DNA from: Blasia pusilla
Lineage: Eukaryota
Direction of reading: 5' to 3'
Assembly: GCA_050084515.1 (NCBI GenBank)
Contig: CM114271.1
Span: forward strand, 38,936,001-39,000,000
DNA length: 64,000 bases
Below, piece after piece: positions 1 to 14,368 of this stretch (positions within the stretch are counted from its first letter, which is position 1; every line of letters starts with the position of its first letter). The position numbers and the translations under genes are program-made. The notes under the pieces are model-generated. The model saw nothing but the letters and a program-made list of their open reading frames with translations, had not been told where the DNA came from and searched no databases.

Positions 1-3000
1 GACAATCTAGATCCTTGTTTTAGCACTTCTCAGGAGTTTCCACAGCCTCTACAGACCAATTTTTCATCAAGCTTATAAAATAAGTGGTACGTAATGAAGC
101 TATAGACTAGAGAATTTCTGTCTGGCTTCAAATGCTTAATCCAATGTGGAGTTCAATTGGAACTGTTGTTTATGTAACAAAAGCCGTCATAATATTGTGA
201 GATCTATGCCTGTAGACTCGGGAGATTGTGACGAACTCGGGATGTCCTCTATGAATGCAGGTTTTCGTAATCAAGAAAGAATTTCTGAAGCAAGAGGTAG
301 ATCCATGCAGTGATCTTTGCCTATGAAGAAGAAAGCCTTGAGTGAACCCAGAATGCTCTTCTTAGTTTTAATATCCCCTTTGCAATCCTGAATCTTGGTG
401 ACTCCATTGACACACAGTACTTGTGAGAACCTTCTGCCCTCATTTCTGTGATGGATTGCAGGAGCTTTTGAGATGAGGTCATGGGCTTTGTAGACTGTGA
501 ACTTGGCACAACAAATTTACTAAGAGCAGTAAGTAAAGTGTGATGGAAGCAAGGACCCAGAATATGTGGTACTGTTGGGAGTTGTTGTTTGGAGTTGGGA
601 GTTAGTTTCATTGTTTTCTTGTATTGATGGTCATTGTAAATGTATCCTTGTCCTTGTCCTTTGTGATCTGCACTAGTCCTGTGGATTTGGGGGTTACGAT
701 TTCTTAGACCCAAACTCTTCCTTCTCCAGTATGGCACCTTGATTCAGACCCATTTGTCGTTTGTCGATGAAAGAGCCGCCAAGGTTCACTTGTACCACAC
801 TATGGTAAAACGACACACAAAGTAGCTACAGGACAGTTGCTCATATTCTTTAGGTTTGGGTTTAGGTTTTAGGGTAGCCATTTTAGTTGTGGAGTCAAGA
901 TGAATGACTACCAAATTCATGAATCACCTTTTTAGAGCACTTGTGCCATGTGAGTCACGAGTTATGATAGTCTTTGGCCCAGGCTGCTGTGTATAACTTC
1001 AGGTTTCGTGTCCATGTCTGCAGTCACTTCTTTTCGAGTAGACTTCTTCATGGGCTCACATTTGACTTCAGAATCTGGCAACCTATCTTGGAGGGAAACT
1101 GGATTGCAATGATCGCATGGAACCAACTCCAAAAGCCCAGGGTCAATCAAAATGTCGGGCACCAAAGCAAAAACAATAATTGTCATCTCTGGGCCCCTGA
1201 TAAACTATCTGTCAAGAAGCATCCGCACCAGCATCACAAATAGAAGATGGATGGCCCATCGTTATCCTTTTCTAGCCTTTGGAAGTGTTAGAGATAGCCT
1301 TTAATGAGTCATCTGCCTGCTATTGGCGCTAAGGGCCAAGTGTAATCTACCTCTGTTGAGAAGCATCGTCATCATAATTCAGTCAAAACAGCAGGTCCCA
1401 AAGGCACTAGGAGATGATGCCAACTTGCTCCAGCTCCTGTCATGATTAGTTGAAATCACCAGACACCTACGAAAAGTTGCGCTAAAAACAAGCATGAACG
1501 TAAGAATCCAGATCTTTACATTCATGCCTATTTTTAGATGATCTTCTGATCTGGATAAATTCTTTGTGAACCCCTACGACACGAGGCATAAAAACAGAGC
1601 TCATCATCCCTGTCCATTTTTTCGACATGATAAATAACATTTCATTTATGTCTTTAATCTCCAAATGCTTTAAACTTCGACACATGGGCATGGTTATTTG
1701 CAATGCATGATGTTGTAATAAAGGTTCAAGAAGATAAATTGTTTGAAAGGAAGACATCACATTATATTACCGCGAACTCTTCCCCTTTGTTAGAAAGTCT
1801 TCTTATACCTTGGGTCCTAGGGCTTCACAAAGAATTTATTAAGAACTGCATACTTTTCAATAGGTAAGGGGAGGAAAAGTAATGGGGAAGCTTTAGAAGG
1901 AATATACTCAAAATTGTTTAGTTTTCCATAGGAAAGTGAGTCGGAGGAGGAGTGTAGGCATAGGAACGAAATTTCAAAGGGTAGGACTTCCAAGGAAATT
2001 TATTAAAAAGGTGAAATTTTCAGTGGGGTAGAAGAAGGTAGGAGAGAAGGAACCAAGAGACCTTCCTCCGACCCACTCCATCCCTTCGAAAAGGGAAAGG
2101 ACACAACTTCTCAATCCCTCCCTAGAGAGATGGAAAGAAAATGAGAGAGTCCGCCTCTTTCCCAATCCATCTTCTTCTGAGGGAGGAAGAGGCGGACTCT
2201 CTCATCTTCTTGTGAGGGAGAGTCCATCCATCTTCTTATGCATCCCTCTAATTTGTTCTTTTGGAAAGGAAGGAAGAGTAGATGGAGGAAAAGAGCTTAT
2301 ATCCGTCCCTACTCTCTTGGAGAACGTGATGGAGTGAGCCCATCTTAGTGCCCCCATCTCTAGTTCCTTTGGAGAGACACGGACAGAAAATAGGAAAGGG
2401 GAGAGAGTTCATAAACCTATCTCCTTAGAGGGGAGGTATAAGTCTCGAGGGTTTCCTCTCTCTTTCTCTTAGTCACGCCTCCACAAGGGACAAAGGCCCC
2501 TCTTTGGAGAGTTGAGGAGGGCACGAAAGGTATTGTTGAAAGATGAATAAAGGGTGGGAGAGGGGAATACATTTTCAAAAGGGGGGCTTCATAGAGAATT
2601 TAATAAAAAAAATTAAATTCAACAGGGGATGGGTAGATGAGATAGATTGAAGGATATGGTAGAGGAGAAGGAACAAATCCACCTTCCTCGACCCTCTCTA
2701 TTCCTTACGAAATGAAGGGATGGAATTTTGCATCCCTCTTCCAAAGGATAAAGAATACATAAAGGTGAATTTTTCTCTTTATCCTTACCCTCTTCCCGAA
2801 ATAAGGGAGTCCATGATCACCCTTCCTACCTATTCCCAAGAGAAAGGAAGGAAGTTAATATCCATCCTCCCAACTTCGTCCTTACCCTCTCCAAATAGAG
2901 AGAAAAGATATAGAAGCGAGGGAGGGTAGGGATATACCCTCCAAAAAGGCAAGGTACGTAGAGGGTAGAGATTGAGTATGAGATGGATTGATAATAGGAG

Positions 3001-3279
3001 AAAGTGAAAATGGAGGGACCTTCTATATTTTGAAGCATAGGGGGGTTCCTAGTAATTCCTACCTTTTTTTAGAGGGACCAAGATGAATCATCCATCTCTA
3101 TCTCTAGAGGTCCAAAGAGGGTCCCTTTGGCTCAATGCATCAAGATTATAGTAAAAGAGTCCATTATTTGCAAAAGAACGAGAACACTTATTTAATGTTA
3201 TATTGGAAAGGAAAATTTGTGTACACATAGTAAAAAATAATTGAGTATAAAAAATTCATGATACATTTTGTTTAATCAT

Positions 3280-6200
3280 AATGGAAATTCAACCTCTATG
3301 AGATGACACTTGAAGTTAAATTCCTTCAAGTATGGAGAGGAACCCATGTCCATCATTTTCCCTGTGTAGTCCACCTTCCCCATCAGGACCAGCCAAGAAG
3401 ACTCTTCTATAATTTCAATCCTATGCATTAGATTCCCCCTCCAAGAATTGCACTTGGCCAAAATCCATATTTCACCTTCAATACCTTTTCTTGAACTAGG
3501 AGAATTCCATTCCCTAAGGTAGGGTTTTGTGATTTTGTGAATTTTTTATTACCATGGATAATAAAACCTAGGTTAAAGCAAGTTCCAACCTCCTCTCACT
3601 TAAGCAGAAGTGGCGTCATGCATGGAGGGTTACATTCATCCAAGATCTTGACCAACCATTGTTGTATGATCTCAACAAGCCCATACCATCATATAATCCA
3701 ACTCTAAAAGCCAATTTATTTCCACCCAAATTTTTTTATCTAAAGGGCCTCCAGATTCCTAGGCTGTTGCATCATCATTGGAAAAGTATCCCATTCCCAC
3801 AAGAAAACTAGACCAAACACATTTACAAAGTATGGTGATCATTCTAGGACCTTGGTGGACTTGAATGTACCTCAATATATTCCCCTTGACGTGCTACCAC
3901 CTTTGCATGAGAGGTATGTGCCTTTAGAGAAGAATAGACATGACACATATGGGGAACCACATACCCAAGCTCTGAAGGCAACAATATATTCCAACCCATC
4001 TCTCCACAATCAAAAGAAGTTCAAGGGAAAGGGGCCCTTTTTCCAAGAGAGATTGAAGTCCTACATATTTCAAATCCACATAAAAAAAAACTACTTATCC
4101 AAAATCCAATTGAGTTGATTGAGTCAAGTTTTTCAAGGAGAGATTGGTGGCAAAAAATGCGTGGGAATATAGTCCAAACTAAATCCAATTTTTCACAATA
4201 AATTTTTTATAAGAGCCACCAAGGAGAAGTGACGTTTAAGTATATCCATGTAATTGTCTTTGATGATGATGATCTACCCCTGACCTAGATGATAGGGATT
4301 TGATTCAATGTCTATATATCAAGGAGTTCAAGCATTTTTTGGGTTGAAGGGCTGATGGTCAAGGTAGCTCTTTTACACATAGGGAAGGATTTAGTGACAT
4401 TACGCACCATGTGCAAGATTGATCCTAAATATGGCAGCCTCTGCGTTTGTGAGATGCACTTTTCTCATGTCCACCAATCCTATCTTTTTGAAAAACCTTC
4501 CAATGATGATGAAGGATCCTTCCTTGGTAGCATATACCAATGAGATATGGAGGAGGATTGAGATGAAGAGTTTGGAATATAGCTCCATATTTCCATATGT
4601 ATGGGAATCCACAAGCTCTTATATGAAGAGATTCCATTGGAAAACTCCCCACAAACTATTTCAGATTTCTTACATCTCTTCCCCCATAAGTAGTGACAAG
4701 AAGATGATCGTCGGTTGATTTTCTTCACTTGGTGAATTTCTTTGAATTTTGCATGGATAAGACTAGCAATAAGAACAACAAGATAGTCAAGATAAAGCAT
4801 TTCCTTGAGATTTTGCCTCATGATTCAAGCATTCAATTCATCTACGCAATGATATGCCATTGTCTTACCTTGGATGAGATGAGAGTTCACACTAGGGATA
4901 CTCAATGTCCAATTTTTAAATATAACCAAGCCAAATCCATCAAGCATCAACTCAAGGTATTTGCTATTTTCGGAGCAAAGATAAAACACTTAGAGAAACC
5001 CTAAACAGAAAAGTCTGGATATGTCCTTGGACATGCCCTGCCCGCACCTGAGCCCCCACATAGACCCCGTCTGATAGAACCCTCACCCATTGCAAGGCCA
5101 GCGGCATGCCCATACCCCCATCCCACTCGGAGCACGCCCCTAGCCCGCCCGATGGGGCCCAAGCTCGCCCTACGGGCGTAACAGGCCTTGTTGTGGGCGT
5201 GCCATTGACCCCACAACGGATGCGGGCTATGTCAGCCCATGTCTATGAGGAAGGATCGGGCGCGGGCCGCAAGTATCCAAGCCCACACGGACTTTGTCCG
5301 TGTGCACTCTTGCAAGCATTGTCATGGTTGTGCTACAATTTGTGTTGAGACACATGAACCACCATGTCACAGAGGATAAAAAATTTGATAGTGTTAAAGG
5401 TTTCAAGGAATTTATGTCCTTGGAATTTTTTGAAGGGGATTTTGAAAAAAAGGGGTTGGATATCCAACAACCCTATTCTCCAAGCCAAGCCATGCTGCAA
5501 GAGTAAATGGGTATGGACCACCACATTACAACGTGCTTGTGGCCAAATGGACAATCATATGGTTGCTCTTTTCTCAACTTTTGCCATACCTATTATAATA
5601 AACATGTAAGTTAAGAGATGGGATCGAGCCTCTTTCCAACAAGCTTGACTTTGATTGAGTATCAAGAGTACATGTGGGGAATTGACATGTAGAATCAATT
5701 CACAATGTCTCGCTCAATTCATAAACTAACTCATAAGTGGTGGCGTCATCTATTTTGATTAAGGCCCCTACCAATAGGTAGTAATAATTTCTTTTCTTTC
5801 TCCTTACGCCACGTATACTTTTAGTGCAGTTTTGGGGGAGTGGATTCGGAGTGCAGAGGCAGGAGAATGAAATTTCTCCTGCAAATGATTTTCTATTATG
5901 GATTGGTTCTCCTTTAACCGTAGATGTGGATCTAATAAAAAGAAAATCACTACTGGTGTTAATCAACACGAGTCCTGGAACCGCAATTAAATCTGACTTC
6001 AAAGGATCGGCACCCTCCGCTGCTTCTTAACAAGACGTGATTGTGAGAAAGTTTTTCTCCCCTACTTTGAATCCAAAATCCGATGATTTCAAAGATCGAT
6101 GGATGATGGTAGAAAAAATTAAATATCATGAACTTTAATAAAGGGCTGATGGAGGTTAGACTGTCATCTGAATGAGGAGCAATAAAACGGCGCAAGTCTA

Positions 6201-7600
6201 AAATTGGTTTCTTTGCCGAAGGGACGCATTGTCAAGTGGAGTGGAGAGGTAGAGAACCCTCACCATTTCCCATTGAGACACATGCAACTCACTAGTTTAG
6301 GATAAGGAAGGGGAGAAGGAAATCAGGACGGACATAACTTTCAAAAAATTATAGGAGGGCTATCCCTGAACCCCGATTGGCTAGAACATTATAGTTGTCA
6401 GAAAATTGACCCTACTATAGTTGAGCCCCGAGTACAACACAAAACTTCATTTCCCATATTCTCGTATTGCCCTAATTTCTTGTCCTCCCCCAAGAATTTC
6501 TTCCTGTTGTCTTCCCTCCTTCTAAACCCTCTCCGTGATCCGAGATCCCAACCCTCGTCCCAAACCCATGGCTGCATACTGGTTTGGGATAGATAGTCTT
6601 TTGACTAACTCTTGGATTTTTTGGGTGTTGATGAGATCAAAGTTCATCATCAAAAGTGGCCTTAAACCTCTACTCATCCTCAGAGAAAAGTATCTTTCTC
6701 GAAAAAATTCAGGGCAATTAGACTTTTTAGAAAAATCCACCCTAATAATTCTTCCTAAATTTTCATTTCCCTTAAAATTTAAAAATGTGAAATTTTGACC
6801 AATATTAGGGTAAAGAAAGTGGTTGTCATTATGCACTTTTTTAGTCTATCAAACTTGAATACTATGCAATGATCCTCAATACCTACAATTGCATACCTCA
6901 ATTTCTCTATAAACCACTCTCATGTTTCTATGTTTTCAATGGGAGCAAGTGCATGTGCAAGGATGATGACTTTTCCTCTATCATCCAAATTTTTTGCCAA
7001 AATAATTGGGTAGGATACTTTTGATTTGTTGTATAACATGCGTCAAGGGATATAACCGCTGGAAGCAATCCAAAATCCCTTGACACACTAAGGAGTGCAC
7101 AAAAATCCTCTTCAAGATTGTGGTACCATCGTGAGAACTCCACTCAATAATGTACCCATGGTTGGAAGTTTTCATGGGCACCAATAACGTTGGTATCATA
7201 TGGAAAGATTCAACTTGGTTTCCTAGCATCCAATCACGATAGTGCTATCTGCATCTCCACATCAACTTATATTCCCCAATTTTTCTATCATATGAGTTTG
7301 AAATATGTCAATCATTTGTTGACATATTTCAACAATGTTGACCAATGGGAATGTTCCTTCTCTAAGCACGTCCCATCCAACTTCTTATCTAAGATGTAAG
7401 ATGTCTGAACGTGTGAATCTAGCATATGGAAAACTTGTTGCAAAGTATCTTTGAGGGCTTGTACTAGGGAAGTGGTGGTGTCCGACATGTGCATATGCTT
7501 GCCACGGAAATCTTGTGCTTGTGTAGTTGAAATAATTGGCTGCCCATGAGGGCATCTACCACAAAAAGATGTTAAGGAGCATTGATATTTCCCACATGCA
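3280..7600 (-). mobile_element. Degenerate L1-like LINE (ORF1/endonuclease/RT remnants), interrupted by a MITE at ~5.0-5.3 kb
   Basis: Minus-strand frames give RT motifs in the expected order: LLGGSYKK (~4226-4203), QLDF..VD (~4112-4075), AKVV..GEY then SPYF (~3838-3827), FSNDD (YADD-equivalent, ~3786-3772), GMGLVEI..QWLVK (~3690). ORF1-like fragments at 6522-7230 (LGRIIRVDF, VEFSRW). Many stops and frameshifts; boundaries approximate. Confidence 0.7.
5001..5312. mobile_element. hAT-type MITE fragment (CAAGGTTGCAC family), left end eroded
   Basis: GC-rich GGCCC/GGGC interior and GGACATG/GTCC subterminal motifs as in the other copies; ends GTCCGTGTGCACTCTTG, a variant of the family TIR. Confidence 0.65.
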
Positions 7601-8144
7601 CCACTAGCCAACTCTTATTGCCTTTCTCTCCCTACCATCGTCTGCCTCGCTGGTAGACGTCCTATAGCCAAGTGCTTTTCTTGATTGTTTCTTTCATTTC
7701 CAAGAGGGCAACCATACGCATTTTGATAATAAAATATGGTCCCTTCTAGAGATCCTCTCCTCTAGTGGTAGTGTTGCATTTCCCTTGACTACCTTGGGAA
7801 ATATCGGCAACCATTGAAATCGGTTAGCGCTTCAAAAAAAATTAAACAAAAATTTAAAAATAATCTCAAAGTTAAAAAGGTGCACAAGTAATATTTGCGT
7901 GATTTAATATGAAAATATCCTACAAAAATTTGATAATAAATTACTCCCCACCCCTCTCATAGGCTCATACATTGGTTTTCTTTTTTAAAATAAAATTACT
8001 TTGACATGTATCATAATATGTCTCAAAATTATTTTTATCATCCTAATTAGAGGTTGTATTAGGATTATTGAAATCATATTGAAACATGATATTATTAATA
8101 TTACATTAATCCAAATCATATAGAAATATGACATTACTAGTTAC

Positions 8145-8990
8145 GGCCCCTTCAGATAGTCGAGTTTGAGTGCAGAGGCTCCAGAATACAAGTTATTCTG
8201 CAGCCTCTCTACCCTTGATGTGGAGTTTTAGATGGTCAGATGCGTTTAGGATTCTAGTGCATTAATACGATTCTTCTTGGCTCTGGCGGAGCATTACTCT
8301 CTTCCCTCTGAACCCTCTGGCCGTATTAGTCTCTCCGGAGTGTGAGTGCACAATTCAAGTTATTATGTGAATTTGGAGACGGTGCTCTCCCTTCACGATT
8401 CTTCTTGGCCGTATTTCTTCTGTGTCCCTCTGCTGGAGCATTACTCTCTTCCCTCCGAACCCTCTTCCTCGGGCCGAATTATTGGGGGTGTCATAATACC
8501 TCCTATCCGGGATTTTAGTGTCCCCGAATCTCTCTATCCGGAGACTCGCCAGATCCCCAATGGGTAGCTCCCGAGCTACCCGTTTTGGTGCTCCCGGGAA
8601 GGATCATTCTGGCCCGTTTGCATTTCTTCTCGGGTATCCATTGGAATTAAGGCTAGCAGCTGACATACACGGGCCAACGCAAAACTCCCGCCCCCTCCTC
8701 TTCTGGGAGTAGCCCACTGGATTTCCGGGCCGGCCGCTCTAACCCGGACGATTCTGAATAGCCAGTAAATTGACACCCCCTGCTGTCTCCGAAGTCATTT
8801 TTCTCTTCCCTCCACACCCTCTTCCTCGAGCCGTATTATTATCTTCGGAGTCCGAGTGTAGAGTCAATTTAAGTAAAAAAATATTTCATTTTTTTCGTAT
8901 TTTTTCTCCGTGGGAGCATTACTCTCTTCCCTCCTCTTCCGCTGGTACTATTAGTCTCTCCGGAGTCCTTAAGCCAAACTCGAGGGCGCA
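8145..8990. repeat. Degenerate direct-repeat block with a nested short TIR element (~8482-8782)
   Basis: GGAGCATTACTCTCTTCCCTC occurs three times (~8288, ~8436, ~8913). GGGGGTGTCA (8484) and TGACACCCCC (8771) form an inverted pair. No TSD recovered. Confidence 0.5.
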
Positions 8991-11900
8991 TACTGGTTGG
9001 GACCTTGCAAGCAACCATGCCATACACAACCCTTAATTAATAACTTCACTTTGTCTACCAATTTAAGACCTTGCTAAGATTGACAAAAATATTTTTGAGC
9101 AAAATTTAATCAAATTGTGAATAGTTGAAAAATACATCTTCTAATTAATATATAAATTAAATCCCAACCGTACATTTCGCCGTTTTTTAATGATGATCCT
9201 CAACAAATATACATGATGGAAAGTCCATCCCAAAAACAAAGAATCAAGTGTCCACGGGTCACAACCGGCCTTGAAAACCGGCTCCATGGGGTCGTTACTT
9301 GTTCCCATTCCTCGCAGATAGCAAAATCAATACACATGCGACACGACATCCTCAAATGGCCAAGTGGATATTCATGCGAATTCCGTCTCTCACTTTTCGC
9401 GATTTCCACCGACGGGATTCGGGAAGCACCCTCTTCGAACTTACGGAGGAGTCGGTCACGTCACGCACTGGCCGTGAAAAGTAGCCAATGGGACGAGGAC
9501 CGGGGTACTTTCATAAATAAGAAGCCTTGTAAGCATGGTCTTATCCGAGAGGAGAGGCCCGGCGATCGGATGCCTTCATGTGATGGGTCTGAAACCGTCT
9601 GACATGGTCGAGCCACTGGACAGTCGTTGAAGGAGACTCACCCACCGCAATTTGCTGTGTCCGTATCGAAGTGGGCCCAGCCCATCATAACGGGGCCTGT
9701 ATCCCCTCATCATCACACCCCAAATCTTGTCACGTGTCAGGTATACCTTTTGCGGTCGTTTCTGCCGTAGTGGCGGTCTTTTCGCGGCAGTACTATACTA
9801 CTATTGCTACTTGTTCTATGTGGGCCCCATGGATGGAGCTCTATCCATCCAAGTTTTGGCGGCAGGTGACTCGTTATGGACGGGAGCGTCTTAGTTAGCT
9901 TTTGGCCGGTGATACACTCAAGTGCTAAAATGTTCAGGCGACAAATTTCCGCTCTCCGTGGAGCCGGAACGGAGGCAAGTAACGAATAAATTGAATCCTT
10001 ATCGCCGAAACGAAAGTATGAGATCGATGAGCTGGCGAGCGGCAATCAAACTTCCTCTTCTATTCTATTCTCGGCGAGCCTATTGGTCAAACATAGTCGC
10101 AATAGCTAGACACCTGTCACCTGTCCTTATGGCGCCAGCTGTCCCAGTCTCTCATGGTGAAGATATTTCCCAGCATTTGCGGTACGTCGATATTTGAGGG
10201 TGGCTTCTATTCCGGGGTCACATATATAATAGATATTTCGTTTGGGACGTCATGGTCCATCGTAGTTTTTAGCACAAATTTATATTATTATTGAAAAAAC
10301 AATTAATTTGTAAATATTTGTAAGAAAATTCCTTCTAAATTATGGGTTTAAACATTTTTTTTTAATTTATGTAAACATGATCTATCCCTCGCTCCCACAC
10401 GGGTTGCTACAATAAACTTACAGTAAGTGATTATCTTAATAAATTTCCGGCTTATTAATCTTCCTACAACTCTCCAAGAGTTTTTTTTTTTTTTTTTCTT
10501 ATTTTTAAATTAAAGATATAAATATAAATTTATTTTATGAAATTAAATTATTAAATTGAATTTTAATAATTTTATTAGTTGAAAGGACCATTGTTCTATT
10601 AAAGGTTGAAAGAACACTCTCTAATGATAATACAAAATCTGTATAAATATGTTTTGTTTATTGGGAGAAGCATCATCCTTAAAAAAATTCTAGTACATAA
10701 TTTAGATGAGATAAAAATTTATGCGAAAAGGAATTTTCAAATGTATAGATTCACATAGTATTAAGTTTGGCCTGTTAATATAAGGAGCAACAATGTTAAG
10801 AGTATAACAATGTTAATATAAGAGTAGACGACGTTGAGGCAAATTGGAAGGGAGGCATGTGCTCAAAAACTCTATTGGTTAGATACGACTTTTCATGACA
10901 CAATTATAACTTAGAAATGTGCATTCCTAAATACACTAAATATATAGGAAGTTTGATAAGAGGATCATTCAAACATTATAGAAATCTGAACGGAAGAGAA
11001 GTAGATAGGATTGGAATGCACGTGTATGTTTCATCAAGACATGACTTAAACAATAAGGTCATCCACATCTTTGTTTCTTCAAGTCAAAATAGTAGTATTC
11101 CTTGAGAAACCTATCCCATGAAACCTTTATGGACGGTTCTCAACTTCTCATATATTGTGTTAAGAAAATCTTTTATCATGTTTATGTTGTAGTCAACTTC
11201 TTATATTGATTCCATGATATCTTCTCCAAAATAAAGGAAAATCGGAAGGAAGACATGTATTCATGAACTTTGTTGAATAGATATAGCTAATCACTTCATT
11301 AGTATATATATATATATAGAGGAAGGTTGAAATTTAAGGGTCATCTTGTAATCCACCCATAAAACTTATGTACATTTGGGACTAAGCCAACATGACATCG
11401 TCCCTAAGAAACTAAGTCAAGAAGCGATATCAAATACAATATATGTCTATTATGCCACCCTCTTGAACATTCATCGTAGATAAGCTTCATGATTGCTCCC
11501 TCGTCAAACCCACATAACATGCATCTTAAGCCCACATGAAGTTAGGAACCACCCCCAGTATTGGATCCACACTCCCATTAATGTTTGGAAGATGATATGG
11601 CTTAAATTTATGCGTATGATACACATTGATCTTAGGAGGAGGAGGAGGATGATTTCCCATATGGGGCACAAACATCCACTACACTAACACCAGTGAGACT
11701 ATCTTAGATACATATGTTTGTGCTATTGTACGACAAGTGTATGTCCACTCGTTATGATATAGAGCATGGAGCATTACAAGGTCATCTAACTGATACGTTC
11801 TTTCCAAATTATAATATGTATAGGCGAGATGTGTTGGCACACCACATGATGGGGGAGTACTTGTCATTGTTCGCTCCATTGAACAAGGACATAGTCAAAG

Positions 11901-12973
11901 GTATTAAGGGCCCTTTACCACTCGCTTGGTTATACATCCAAATCTATCATGGGGTCATCACTTCTTCCATAAGGAGATTGGAAGAAGTGATGATCCCATG
12001 ATAGCATGAACGTATTTGTCCCCTTGTTGTTGTGGTGACTCAAGGAAATGGGAGAGTGATCAAATGACATGGAGATGGGGTTGAGTTGGACTCACATGAG
12101 AGGACCGACAAGCAACATGCTTGGATTCCAAGTCACATTTTTTGAGGCATTTCACACACCATCAATAGTGCCTAGATGATCGATTGTACTTATTAGTGGT
12201 ACAGACCATATGGATACATAAACATTGCGAGGAGTTGGAAAGATGACTTTCCATATTGGCTTAGGTGGAGCCAACGTCAAGTATATAATTGATAATGGTC
12301 ACTGAGGTATATTAGACTCCATTTTTTCTCGCCATGGACTTGGTAACAATGAGATTTTGACCAACTAGGATGTTTTGACTAGCTGACATAATGTGTGAGT
12401 GTGGAGAGGTATTGCCTTTTGTACAAAGATAGTTGGTGTGGATTTGGTGAGCCCAACCTTGAAGCATGCGCTTAGGATATCCCTTATTGATTTGTGATAG
12501 GTTGCACAGTTATGAGGTTGATAGATATGCTAGCTAGATCTAGGATAGAGCAAGCCACGGTGATGCCAAGGGTGGTCTTCCGCTTGGTTAGTTCAACAAA
12601 TACAATATACCATCCATATCATGTTCTACTTGATTCCGGAGCAGAGCCCTTGATGTTAGAGAAGAGATTGTGTTTGGCGTTTGGTCATTGAGGAAATATT
12701 GAGTTGTGTCCCTTCCAGATATAGACCTCAATTGGGGGCATTTCACCCATACAATTTATGAGTGAGCAGGAGTTAGTGCATAAATTCTAGCGAGAGCATG
12801 TATTAGATAGTGTGATTTTGCGCACACGTGCTCCTCCCAAAAATCAAAGATGAACATCATACTTCCCATCAACATCTTATATGACTCTGTTGGGTTCATA
12901 ACAAGGTTGCACACGGACAAAGTCTGTGTTTGTGGACATGTCCCTACAGGCCTGGATACTTGTAGCCCGCCTC

Positions 12974-13654
12974 CAAGGTTGCATATGGAAATATTCCATG
13001 TCCGTGGACTTATGTCCATCCTATGGAAGGACTGTTGGATTCTCAACATCCACTTCTATGAGCACCATTAATCTGATCGGCCCCCTTGTATGAGGAGAAG
13101 CCTAGATTGATGGTTCCGACTTAGACGTCAAAGGAGTCATAGCAATATGACGTAAGTGGTTTATGGAGTAGCGTTACTATGATTATTTGATTTTCTATTA
13201 ATAGACACGATGAAAAATAGGTTAAAAACCCTAGTTTCCCGAGTAGTAAAATAGTGGGGAGGCGCATGCTAGCGCATTCTCGTATGTCGAGTTATCTCCA
13301 TTCAGGTTCCATCGAAGCTCTTGTGAGCGCACGGATGGACTAGGCCACTTTGTATCTCTAAATTTTATAAATATTTCACTGATTTCGTCACTTTCTGTTT
13401 TCTCACAAGGACTTGTCCATATGGGTCCTACCTTTCCCTTCTTTCTCATTCCCCTTAATTGCCTTCGTGTTCCATACTCCCCTCATTTCTTCCTCCCTCC
13501 ACCTCTACTCCCTTCTCCCTCATTGCTCCTCTCATCCTTTCCTAGCCTTTCATCATCGACTAAAATTGTGGGTCCTACCTCTTGGAACCCATGTCCAAAC
13601 TTATCCGTCCATGTCCGTCCTAAGGAAGGACTTGTCCATTTTTGTGCAACCATG
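12974..13654. mobile_element. hAT-type MITE nested in the 12902-13918 MITE
   Basis: TIRs CAAGGTTGCA / TGCAACCATG; perfect 8-bp TSD CCCGCCTC (12966-12973 and 13655-13662); interior matches the reverse complement of 28307-28601. Confidence 0.92.
13033..13407. mobile_element. Solo LTR nested in the inner MITE
   Basis: TG...CA ends (TGTTGGA...TCTCACA); perfect 5-bp TSD AGGAC (13028-13032 and 13408-13412). Confidence 0.85.
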
Positions 13655-14368
13655 CCCGCCTCGCTTGTAACGTGAATATGGGCCCAAAAGCCCGCCCTAG
13701 GTCCCCATAGGGCACACTCAAGGCCCACGGTTGGGCCGGTAGCACGAGCCTTGAGACCTTATAGTGCTAGTCGCGTGCAAGCTAGTTAAGGGCTTATAGT
13801 TGGATCCCTTCCCTGCCAAGCCCGCACCCGTTTCCACTTCCCAAGCCCGCGTGGGCCACTGAGGTGCCAAAAAAACCCAAGAGGGGGACTTGGATATGTC
13901 CATTTCCGTGCAACCTTGGGTCATAATCACAATTGCCTATCGATCAAGGTGACAATCAAATGATGTTTGGGTGAGCTAGTTACACGTTCAAAAATTTAGG
14001 TGTAGTGATGGTCCTCAAGGGGATACCTTGACCACATTGGCAAGTAGTGTTAGCTCACCGAAATAATTTTTGGAGGGGAATATCCATATGAAGGACATCT
14101 TGGTAGAGGATAGTCCCACAATGAGACATGTTATGGTAGGTGTCTCTTCATACGGTTTCAATACCTCTTCACCATTATATATGGGGTACAAGTGTTGACT
14201 TGTAGAGGAGTGCAAATGAGCTCATGAGGCACGTGTGGAGCCAAGCCTTTCTTCTCAAGAAGGGAAAATCAAATAATAAATATATTCCTAGAGTAGAGAT
14301 GTTGGTATCCTTGAGTACCACACCTGTTGTTTCAACTTGTATGGTAGTGTCGAGACAAGGGTGAGACT

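Larger units (their letters stand above)
12902..13918. mobile_element. hAT-type MITE (outer element of a nested stack)
   Basis: TIRs CAAGGTTGCAC / GTGCAACCTTG; flanks GTTCATAA and GGTCATAA (7/8 TSD). Confidence 0.88.

Noticed and set aside
1-1760. Possible LINE ORF1/zinc-knuckle remnant (PCDHC) and short ORFs
   Set aside because: Only one partial motif; not enough support for a call.
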